Origin: Salpingoeca rosetta | Taxonomy: Eukaryota > Protista > Choanoflagellata | Length of the DNA stretch: 64,000 bases | Assembly (NCBI GenBank): GCA_033442325.1 | Contig: JAWQFM010000004.1 | Span: 1,170,693-1,234,692, forward strand | Direction: 5' to 3' | Shown: positions 40,414 through 58,503 of the stretch, one piece after another | Numbering within the stretch: the first letter of the stretch is position 1 | Layout: each line of letters begins with the position of its first letter | Notes under the pieces: model-generated | Seen by the model: only the letters and a program-made list of their open reading frames with translations | The model's database searches: none | Told to the model about the DNA's origin: nothing | Made by a program: the position numbers and the translations under genes

Positions 40414-40463
<50 letters not shown>

Positions 40464-40891
40464 ATGCGTGTGTGTGTGTGTGTGCGTGTGTGTGTGCCTG
40501 CGTCTCATGGACACCGCTTGCGTGCGATGTTGTGATGTGATGTGTTTCACTTGCCCTTGTTGTGCTGTTGTTGTGGTGGGAAACGGACGGCTGGCATTGA
40601 AGTGCAGACATATGTTACCGCGGCTGTGTGTGTGTGTGTGTGTGTGTGGTCTGTTATTCTTAATCAACTACATATCTGAATGAACGATTGCCCATATGGC
40701 AGTGCGCACCATGTGCAAAGACAAATAGCATTCGAAGAGGCGAGAGAGGGTGAACGAGAAGGGAGGAGAAAGAAAGACAGCGAAGAGAAGAACGAGAAAT
40801 GGGGGGAGTGTTAAGAAAAGACAACGTGTGTGGATCTGTTCGATGATACCAGCGATAGCTGTGGTGGTGGCCGTGTTGAAGACACAAGCGC

Positions 40892-45289
<4,398 letters not shown>

Positions 45290-45673
45290 CTTCGTTGTAG
45301 AAAATCAACCGCCACACCCACCACTATTCTGGCGCCAAGGTTTGAATTGCGCGTTGGTGACCAGTGGGTTGTTTATTGTGTGCGCGGGCGCAACCTCCTC
45401 CTCCTCCTCCTCCTCCTCCATCACCACCACCTCCTCTCTCCCTCTCTCTCTCTTCTCTCTCTCTTCTCTCTCTCTGCTCTCTCTCTTCTCTCACTCTGTC
45501 TCCTGGGGGCCTAATTGATCAGCGTAACAACAACGTCATTGACACAAATCACACCACGCACAAACGCACACAAAAACAATCAAACACACCACACATTTGA
45601 AACACACGACACACACGAAACACACGACACAAACAACACAAGCGACACAAGCGACAGACGACCACCACGGCGC

Positions 45674-47006
45674 CTATGCGTCTGCTCTGTGCTCGTCCAG
45701 GAGGCGGAGCGCCACGTCCAGGCCAACCTTGAGGTCTTGCTCCAACTGCGTCAGCTCGGCGTCACTGAACCGCCGATTCAACACCTGCCGCTTCCACACT
45801 GCAAACGCCGCGTTCGCCTTTGGCCGGCACTCCGTCAGCAGCCGTCGCACAAGTGGTTTGGCTGCGTTGGGCCGCAGCGCAAGCGCATGGTGCACGGGCA
45901 TGCGCTTTGCCCGCACCTGTTTCTTCTCGCCCGTCACGGCCACGGCCACGCTGCACACGTCCCGCAGCTGCGCCTGGTCCGCCTCGCTCATGTGCTCCGC
46001 AATCGACGGCTCCCGGTCAATAAACCGCAGGTCCCGCTGCAGCGTGCTCTTGAACGTCTCATATGCGCGCGTGAGCAGCACCACCCCTGGCGCGCGGTCG
46101 CCAAAGCGCAGCAGGCCAAACAGCGCCGCCTCAAACGACAGCACGTAGGCGAGATACGGCCCCTGCGGCTCGCCCTTCAGCAGCGACGACGCAAACACGT
46201 GCAGGTCCTGCTCCCGTGTTGTTCGCGGCCGCGCGCGGTACGGCGGGTCCTTGTTTGGAAGGTGCAGCAGCTTCGTCGCGTCCAGGCACACGTGGTACAT
46301 GTACTGGGTGCACATGTGGTTGAGGATGAGCTGCTGCTGGAGCGACTCGAGTTCCCCCAGCAGCGAGGGCAGGTCCAGGCGTGCATCCGCGTGCTCGCCA
46401 CCGCCACCACCCTCCTCCCCGTCCAGATCCTCCAGCGTCACGGCCATCGCCGCCCGGAACGTCACCTCCCACGATGTGAGCGAGGCCGACCGCGGCGTGA
46501 GCAGGTCAAACGCAGACGCGTGCGCGCCGAGTGCAGCAACAGCGGCGGGCCGGAACCGGGCATGTGCACGCACGCGCTTGCGGGTGAGAATCTCATACAC
46601 GAGGAGAGAGAAGGCATAAGCCTGCGCCTGTGAGCTGGCGTTGTCTGGTTTGGCGTCGCACTCTGGCGGCAAGTAGAGCAAGCGGTCGCTTGATGTCTCG
46701 CGCGTCACGCCAGACAGGCGCCGGCTAAAGTCTGCACAGTGTGAACAGAGGATGGAGATGGAGTCGCGGGGGTTGAGACGCGGGAGAGGGGGGTTGTGAG
46801 AACGAGCATGGCGAAGCAGTAACAGGATGACACTGCAAAAGGAAAGGCGTGTGTGTGTGGCTGACGGGCAAGCAGGGAGGCCAACAGGCAGCCGTAAACG
46901 CTCAAAGACCAGACGGGACAGACACAATTACGTTCAAACACACACATGACGCGCGCACACACACACACACATGACGCACACACACATGACGTACGCATGC
47001 ACACAT

Positions 47007-47043
<37 letters not shown>

Positions 47044-49085
47044 ACGCACCGAAATCGAAGAGCATCCCCTTGAGCTTGTTGCCTGAGGAGGGCATGAAGC
47101 GAATGTGCTTGTGGTAAATGCACGGCAGGCGCATTGCCTTGTCCTCACACCACTGCAGCGCCTGGCCCACATCAAGCATCGCCGTGTACAGCTGCTCCTG
47201 GGCCGTGGTGGCGTTGGTGAGCGCGTCGCGGAACGGCGTGTACGACGGCACGGCCGCAATGTATGCAAAGCGGCCCGCCACCCGGTCCACAAAGTAGTAG
47301 CGCGCCACGCGCCGGTGCCTGTTGGCGACGAGCAGGTCAAGGTCCTTCAGGGCGCGCTTGGCAACGCGCGACGTCAGGTTTGGGCTGATGGGGCACTCCA
47401 CCAGCACGACCAGGGCGTGCTTGGCAAGTGCAATGCTCCCATCCGCCTTCTCCTGCCTCCATGACCCCCTGAACACACGCGCAAACCGCTCGTCTGCCAG
47501 GTTTGGCTGCGCCGTGGTCTCGTCCACCTCGTAAGCAATCCCCCCACCCGCCGCACTGCTGCTGCCGCCAGTCCTCTTCGCCGCTCCTGCGCTTAACGAC
47601 GACGACGACGACGACGACAATGACGACGCAGCACCGGCCAGCTTGGCGCGCTTGGCAGGCTGCTCGTCGGAGCCCGACACAAGGAGGTGGTCCTCCAGGG
47701 ACTGCTTGTCCTCAGGCACATCATCGCACGGGTTGCCCGATTTCTCAAGCAGCGGGCTGCCTTCCTGGAAACAGTACCACTTGCCAGACTGCACAGTTTG
47801 CACGTACTCACGCGGCAGGCACCGCCACTTGTTGCACGAGTCGCACTGAATCCAGTCGACGACCTCGTGCTCTGACAGCTCGCTGTGCGATATCTTCTTG
47901 TACGCCCTGGTCTCGCGGGCCTGGTCATACTCCACAAACACGTCGTGCAGCCGCAGCAGCAGCCGCTGGTACATGTGGTTGTTGTGGAACTCCTGCTTGT
48001 TGTCGTGCGGCACAAAGTGCTTCTTGGGCAGCTCTGCCAGCAGGATCACGCCAAGGCCCTGGTGCGGCGACGTGATGTGGGCCGCCTGTCGCAGAAACGA
48101 GCAGATGAGGCAGTTGGCCGAGTACAGCATGATGCCACCGAGCTTCTTGCGCTTGTACATCTCCGAGAACCCGATGCTGATGCGAATAACGTCTTCATCG
48201 TCGTCCTTAACGGCGAGCGGTTTCATGTCGTCCACTTCTTCCTCCTTCTTCACCAGCGCCTTTGCAGCGTCCGCCCCATAGTCTTCTTCGTCTTCTTCTT
48301 CTTCCTTCTTGGGCCTCGCCTTCAGGATGGGCTTCATCTTCACATCCGTGCGCCCCTCCTCCTCCTCCTCCTCCTCCTCCTCCTCCTCCTCCTCCTCCTC
48401 TTTCTTCATCTTCATCTTCATCTTGGGGTTCGGTTCCTCCTTGACTTCAGACTTCACTCCCCTCTTCACCCTATCCAACATCCCCTCATCATCCTCCTCT
48501 TCCTTCAACTCCTCCTCCTCCTCCTTGATCTCCTTCTTCACAATCGCGCCACCACCACTGCCCCCGCTGCCGTTGGCTGCGCCCGGTCTGCGCTTTGGCT
48601 TGAGCGCCTTCACCTTGAGTTCGCTCACCTGCACATCAGACAGGTCCTGCTCCAAACTCCGCCGCTCCACCAGCTTATCGTGCAGAAACACGCGCAGGTC
48701 AATGCCGTGCGGGTGCTGGCGGGAGGGCGGGCGCGTCTGCAGTGTGCGGTACATGATGGCCACGTATTTGCGCAGGGAGTAGTCCATCTCAATGTCGTCT
48801 GCCAGCACACCGTCCTTCACTTTGCGCTGGTAGTGCTGCCGGTTCCCGTCGAGGTCCTCCTGCCAGATGCGGAAGTCGTCCGGCACACTCGTCATGTCGA
48901 GCTCGGGCCTGCAGCGGGGGATGGGTGCGCATGGATGAGAGGGAGAGAGAGAGAGAGCTTGTGCGTGTGTGTGTGTGTGTGTCTGTGCGTGTCTGTGTGT
49001 GTCTGTGTGTGTGTGTGTGTGTGTGCGTGTGTCTGTGCGTGTGTCTGTGTGTGTGTCTGTATGTGTGTGTCTGTATGTGTGTGTC

Positions 49086-49117
<32 letters not shown>

Positions 49118-50913
49118 GTGAAGCTCGACACAGGTGAAGTACACGTGTACAACATTTGCCCCGCCCCCCTTTTTCCTGCCTCAAGAAAACTGACTGCATG
49201 TAACCGTAGGAGTCTTCCTTCTTGACGAGGTCGCTGATGAGGATGGTGGTGCCGCTGGTCTGGTTCTCGTGCATCCAGCGCCCCACAAACAGCTGGTTGA
49301 TCACCTTCGTTCGCTCCATGATGCGCTGCAGTACAGAGTCAAACTCCTGCTGGTTCTCTGCTCCCAGAACCCAGAGGGGAGGAAGCAAACATGACATATG
49401 GAGGTGAGTAGGTCGTGATGGTGGTGATAATGATGATGATGAGGCGGGATCATGACAGAGCACAGACACAATACTGCATTGCATTTGATTCCTACACCCA
49501 CGCGTTCTCGCGCACACGCACACGCAGACACGCACGCACACACACACACGCACACACACACACACCTGCAGACACACACACACACGCAGAGACACACACC
49601 TGCGTCGGCGTGTCCGCCTGACCCGATGTTGAGCTTGGTTGTTTCGCACATGATGTCGTCTTCGCCAGTGGGGCCGCGACGAGAGAGAACACCAATACAG
49701 ACGCTGTTGTGCTGTATGGAGCGGGTCAGCACGACAGCGTGGTGTCCAATGCGCATGGAGCCCGTCTTGAAGCCATACCCGAACCGCCCACTGCGATGGG
49801 TGTCGCTCACGTCCTGCAGGCACAGGGGCACAAGCACATGTGACCCGTGAGGTTCGTTGGAGAGGAGAGAGGAAGAGAAGATTGGGCACGCCAATCGCAG
49901 TGGCACGCGAACGCACACTCGAGCGCACACAAAACAACCCGCAAACAAAATGCATGCACAAACACAAATACACACACGCACACATACACACGCACGCACG
50001 CACGCCGCTCACACGCACACGCACACGCACACGCACACGCACACGCACACGCACACGCACACGCACACGCACACGCACACGCACACGCACACGCACACGC
50101 ACACGCACACGCACACGCACACGCACACGCACACGCACACGCACACGCACAAGCACATACCTGTTTGCGGCCCAGCTGCATCATGGTATCAATCTCTTCC
50201 TTTGACATGCCCACGCCGTCATCCCTGAGCTCAATGAGCGTCTCGCCGCCCATGGTCTTTGGCCGGATGCGGACATTGCGCGCATCTGCGTCGCTCGAGT
50301 TGTGAATCAGCTCTGCAAAGGCGCCAAAGATCCACTCGTGTCGCGCGTAGGCTTCCTTGAGCAGGAACGTGGGTGGCAGCGAGAGGCGGCCCTGCACGTG
50401 CAGGCCCTTTGGGCTGTCGACTGGGGTGCTGGTTGGCGTTGACGATGTGGAGGAGCTTGTGCGCTGCCGGTGGTGGCGGTCGTGGAGTTTGAGTCGCAGG
50501 TGGCTGGTGTCTGCGCGTTGCAGTGGGGCGCCGTCGCGGTAGTAGATGCGGAAGCGGCCCATTTGCTTCGGCGTGGCCACAAAGTATATGCTCGGGTTCT
50601 GTGTGTCTGACAGGATTTCACCCGCCTTTTCGTTCCCCCTGTGATTGAGGCACTTCCACAGCCTGAGCACCTTTCCTTGGCGATCCTCGTCCTCAAAGGA
50701 CACGTCCAGCGGCTGCGTGCCTTCGAGGGCCTGGCTGACTGTGTGAATGCGAGGAGAAACGCCACCGCCCGCGCGCTTCACCTTCAGCAGGAGCACGCCC
50801 TGTGTTGGCCAACCAGGCGGCAGGATGCTTCGGTCCATCTTGCACTCGCTGATGAAGGCTGGCCCGGTGGGTTCGTCTTGAAACAGCTTGAAGGTGATGG
50901 TGTCCCCGCTCAT
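45674..50913 (-). CDS. MORC-family GHKL ATPase with S5 and CW Zn finger, fused to a C-terminal pseudokinase and a helical domain, multi-exon
   Basis: [84 protein letters not shown]; kinase-like subdomains at about 47500-46340. Inferred exons: 50913-50161, 49814-~49600, ~49360-49197, 48909-47050, 46731-45674. Confidence 0.9.
50011..50150 (+). repeat. (CACGCA)n hexamer microsatellite in MORC intron 1
   Basis: Tandem CACGCA run seen directly. Confidence 0.9.
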
Positions 50914-51325
50914 GGTTGGTAGTTGGCGGTTGGTTGCATGCAGAGAGAGGGAGGGTAGTCGTTGCTGTCGAAAGCGACTGCTGGACTGCTGGCTTGCGAC
51001 GTCGACTAGCCAATGGAGCAACGAGCACTTTGCCTCTTTGCAGGCGCTGAACACAAGCAGAGAGGGGGACGGAATGCCAGCTCCCCTCTTTCCTTGGCCA
51101 AAATCAAACGGTGTACGCGTGCACCCACGATGATGTCCGCAAGCGAGCACAACAACAGCCAAAGCAGCCAACAACAGCCAAAGCAAGGCGAGTGACGCAG
51201 GCGTGGTGGTCTTCTTCGTCGTGTTGTTTGTGGTGTGGTGGCGGCGCCTCAAACAAAATAAAAAATTGTGTGAATGTGTGCCGCCAAATTCAAATTGTTG
51301 TTTGCTTGCTCGTTGTTCAAGTTGT

Positions 51326-51356
51326 GGAGTTGTTGTTGTTCTTGTTGTTGTTGTTC

Positions 51357-51439
<83 letters not shown>
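51326..51439 (+). repeat. (TTG)n trinucleotide repeat upstream of the MORC gene
   Basis: Seen directly. Confidence 0.9.
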
Positions 51440-51989
51440 CGTGGTGGTGGCGACGGTGGGTGGTGGCGATTGCGGCAGAAGGGTGAAGGCATGAGGCCGT
51501 GATGATGTTTATTACGTAGATTGTTGTGCTGTTGGTGTGCGAGTTATTTATTAAAGTTGGTGAGGTCAGGTACATGACATTCAGTTGTCATGTTGGCGGA
51601 GTTCGTTCTTTGTTACATTTTGTTGATGGTCTTTCGTTCGGTTGTTGTTCCTCGTCGCTATCGCCGTCATCATCATCATGGACATCACCATACACGCCCT
51701 TGCTCCCAGTCTTTCCCTTCGTCCTTTTTTCTTTCTTCTTCTTCGTAGCTTCGTCTTTCTTTCTTTCCTTCTTCTCCCCCCCCCCTTTTTCCTTTCCTTC
51801 TTGGCTCTGTTGACAGTGCGACAACCTGCTGCCCCTTGCTGAAGCTTTCGTTGTTGATCCCGCCTTCACGCGTTCGCGTGCGTACAACGATGAAAGCGCA
51901 GGACCAAAAGCCGCATCAGTCGCACGAGTGAAAAGGGGAGTTGTGATGAGGTGCTGTGAGTTTGATTGTTTCAATCCTAAAATGCACAG

Positions 51990-52021
<32 letters not shown>

Positions 52022-52249
52022 CGCACGCATACACACACGCACACACAGACATACAGACTACAACCGGAACAAAGCGACGAGAGCGAAAAGCAACACGCAC
52101 GCACTGGTGTGTAACAAAGGGCAAAAGAGGCACAGATGTGACATGGTGTGAAGCGGACAACACAATTCAACAGCACATCACGGCACGAAGAGCACGCCGT
52201 GTAGTTGTCTTGGTAGTTGCTGGAGAGAAAGGGGTAGGCAAAGGCCCAG

Positions 52250-54665
<2,416 letters not shown>

Positions 54666-54786
54666 CGTGCCGGTCACTACTGTTTATGGTGTTATTTATT
54701 GACGATTGAGCCGGCCCGATTGAGCCCCCGATTGAGCAACGACGCGCAAGATCCACTTCCACGACGAACGACACACAACCCACAAG

Positions 54787-55036
54787 ATGAAGGCGACGCA
54801 GGCGCAGCGAGCGGCACAGGCAGCGGCCAACGCAACGCGGCCGTTCAGGCGCAGGAACCTGGCGGTTGGCGCTGTGTTGTTTGGCTTTGTGGGCTCCGTG
54901 TACGCATACACAATCCTCTCCGTCAAGCAAGAGGACTTCTCTGACGTGCAGCCCGTGCTTCCCACCCACGGCCAGAAGGTGTGTGTGTGTGTGTTTGCAA
55001 GCTTGGGTCGGCGTCTTTGCTGTTGCTGTCGCTGCA

Positions 55037-55113
<77 letters not shown>

Positions 55114-55221
55114 GTGTGCGCACCTGCGTGTCTTTTGCTGGCGTCCTTCCCTTCCTTCTTCCTTCCTGCCTTCCTACCTTGACGTCCTCAATTTTTCCTG
55201 ACTTGTGTGCAGTCGAGGTGA
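54787..55221 (+). CDS. COA3: Cytochrome c oxidase assembly factor 3 (CCDC56), 2 exons
   Basis: RPFRRRNLAVGAVLFGFVGSVYAYTILSVKQEDFSD matches the COA3 TM and QEDF motif. Confidence 0.85.
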
Positions 55222-55654
55222 ACTAAGGAAGGACCATATCCTGCCCTACCCTCCAGCCCAAGCCTAACGTAACAGAAACTCTCCCCCACGACATGCCTGC
55301 GCGATGACGACACTGTTGCAGTGCACCTGTCTCCACCTTTTGTGTTTTGCGTCTCTGCATGTCGCGGCGCGAGCAAGTGCTTGATGTCACACTACACCTT
55401 TGCTTGTTTGTGTTTGTGTTGACGCGCATCCTTGTCATCGCACAATGCCACGCACTTCAGTACACGTTTCCCACCCCGCAAATGCTACTTGCGAGCATCA
55501 GATTGAGAGAATGGGAGAGAGAGTGTGTGTGCGTGTGCGTGTGCGTGTGGGGTAGCGGTCACACGAGGCATGCACACACACACACACACGCACATCCCAC
55601 CTTGAAACTACATGGTCCATTGAAGTCTGTTCGCTGTGGCTTTTCAAGTGACGT

Positions 55655-57365
55655 TTATTTGAGCGAGGCAAGACGCGCCAACAAGTCCTGCTCGTCCTTT
55701 GTTGCCTGGTCCACTTTTGTTGTTTTTGCGGGCATCGACGCCGACGGCACAGAGCTCATCTGCAGTTCAGCACATGCGTGTGTGCGTATGAGTGTGTGTG
55801 AATGTGCGTATGAGTGTGTGTGTGTGTATGAGCGTGTGGGAATGTGAGTGTGCGTTAACGTGTTTACATGGTGAGCAGCAAGGTGCACATGCACATGCCG
55901 TGTGAGTGAAGGACGCATGCAGGTGCATGCAGGCGACGCTAGACAAGCCTATGAGCGTCTGTGCAAACGCGCAAAGACGTACCGCGCTGGACACGTCGAG
56001 GCCAACTTCATCAAGCACCTGGTTGACCAGGCCCTCCGTCTCATCCTCCATATCGGAGTCGTCAAACGCCGCATCCAACGCATCTTCCACTGATGGGAGC
56101 ACGGTGCAAGAGGCAAAGAGCAAGGAACATTGTCAAAACGACGCAGCGCAGTGCCATATGTGAGCCAACACGCACAGCAAACGCACTCCTTGCTAAAATT
56201 TGGGGACACACTTCCTTCCACACACCAACAGAGACACAGACACATACAGGCACACACACACACACAGACAGACAGACAGACAGACACACACACACACACA
56301 CACACAGACACAGACACACACAGACACACACAGGCACACGCACACACACACACTCACTGATTTCCTGGCCCATCTCCATCTTTGTGGTCTGCTCTTCAAA
56401 CTGTCCCATGATCTTGGCAATCTCTTGCGGGCTCACGTGCGCATTCATCGCTTGCATCGTCTACACCAAGGCACAAGCAGCAGCAGCAGCCATGTGTAAG
56501 AAGCGACGTGATGGTGGCACGCAGGCATGAAGCGAACGAAGTGAGGGCGAGCAGACAGAAGGCGCATGCACCAGCATACCTTTGCTGCTGTTCCCATTGA
56601 CTTGGCCATGGTTGCTGTCGCTTGCATCGTCTGGTCATGCACGATCAGCAACAGCCAGCCAAGGCAAACGAAAGCATGTATGTGTGCGTGTGTGCGTGTG
56701 TACATGTGTACATGTGTATTTGTGCGTGCGTGTGTGCGTGTGTGTGCGCGTGTGATGTGGGTTGGGATGAGTTGTGAGTGCAACAGCAACAATCGAACAT
56801 AAACAACACCAGTGTATGTATAGGCACTCAAACACAGACAGACACAGACAGACAGACACACACACACGCACCGATGCTTGCGATCTGACGGATGCCAAGT
56901 TGCCCTTGGCTTGGTACTGTCGTGTTCTTGACTTTCTCAGCTGCACCAGCTGTTTCGCAAGCGCCTTTGCTGTCTGTTTGGTTCGCAGCAGGACAAAAAC
57001 AGATTGCCATGGTTAGTACTGGACACCCGAAGGCAGGCAATAAGGCAGGCAGGCAGAGAGGCAGGCAGGTAGGTAGATGCACGCGTGCACAAACGCCCCC
57101 CGCACACACACATAGACCCCCGCACACACACATAGACACACACACACACATAGACACAGACACATGCGCGCATGCACACGGTTTGCATCAACTACATCTG
57201 CCTCACGTATTCGTCGCCCTTCTTGGCGGCCGCCTTGATTTGTTGTTGCAGCTTCTGTTCCTCGCGGTCGAGGCGCGCGATTTCTCGCTGCAGCTCGCGC
57301 TCCCCTTGCCGCAGCTCGCGCTGGTGCGATCGCAGCTGCTTCTTCGGGTCTCCTCCTCGTGGCAT
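55655..57365 (-). CDS. CHMP2B: ESCRT-III subunit CHMP2B/Vps2-like, multi-exon
   Basis: [57 protein letters not shown]-terminal MIM1 [13 protein letters not shown]. Start is approximate. Confidence 0.85.
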
Positions 57366-57636
57366 GATGATAACGTGTCGATGAATGAACGTGAGGACCA
57401 AGGAGATGTGGCAGGTGTCGAGAGTGGTGCGCTGCTGTGGTTTGTTTGCGTTGTTTGTGTGTCGCTCGATGATTCATCAGCAGCCGAAATTTACTGGAAG
57501 GTACACGTTAATTCTCCACAACCACACGACTGAAAAGACGAAGCTCAACTCGCTCGCTCGCTCGTTGCCCACACGCCCTAGCCAACACTCACCTTCACTC
57601 ACCTTCACTCACCTTCACACACACACAACAACAAGC

Positions 57637-57801
57637 ATGCAGAACTGGCAGCGCCTGGAGTCGTGGCGGTATGCGTCGAACATCAACAAGTCGGCGAACA
57701 TGAAGCGGATGCTTCCTGGTTTCCTGATTGGCACGGGCATGTTTGTGGTTGCCGTTGGTCTGGAGGCCATTGCCAACAGCAAGAAGAAGAGCTCCCACTG
57801 A
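57637..57801 (+). CDS. NDUFB3: Complex I accessory subunit NDUFB3/B12 (54 aa)
   Basis: WQRLESWRY...LPGFLIGTGMFVVAVGLE matches the B12 pattern W.R.EAWRY...GF..G...FV..V..E. Confidence 0.8.
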   Translation: MQNWQRLESWRYASNINKSANMKRMLPGFLIGTGMFVVAVGLEAIANSKKKSSH

Positions 57802-58503
57802 GGACACCAAGCAGCCAGTGCGTGTGTGTATGATGTGTGTGTGTGTATGATGTGTGTGTGTGTGTGATGTGTGTGTGTGTGTGGTGGTTGAAGAAGAGGA
57901 AGGAGGAGGAGGTTAATGAACAGCTGAACCTTGTATGTGTTGTTGTGTGTGCGTTCTGTGTTTGTGTGCTTGTTGGTGTGCACGGATACGGAGCATGAGA
58001 AGTGAAAGTGACACCACTTGGTACTTGGTGGTTTCCTTGCGGGCTTATCACCCACGTGCGCGTGTTGCCGAGTGCTTGTTCACGTCCTCTTCGTTGAGGG
58101 CTCTGCAGTTGTGCACCATGTGTTTGTTTTTGGTGTTGTCTTTGTTCAACTCAACGGCTTGTTCCATCTGTTGCTGAGCGTTTCTGTTTTGGTTGTGTTT
58201 ATTGTACTCTATGGACAACCGACATGCAAGCGGCTTTGTTTGTACACTCCGCTTGTGCTTGGTTTGTGTGCCCCAGTCTTCCTCTGTCATGCGGCGTGGC
58301 GTTGGCTTCACACCGCTGCCAGCAGCAGCACACAGAAGTAAACACACACAGCCTCATGCTCAGCCTCAACAGCCAACCTTACATGTCATAACGCGACACA
58401 AGAGGGGAAGGGGGCTGGTCACAAGGGAAAGGGTAGAGGCGTCATCAGAGAACAGAAGAACAGGACCACCCACTCTTCATCCTCTACATGCGCAACACCA
58501 CGA

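Noticed and set aside
45515-49225. Plus-strand ORFs 45515-46633 and 47885-49225
   Set aside because: Antisense shadows of the MORC exons.
58018-58347. Short ORFs between NDUFB3 and B9D2
   Set aside because: No motifs or coding-like bias. They probably lie in convergent 3' UTRs.
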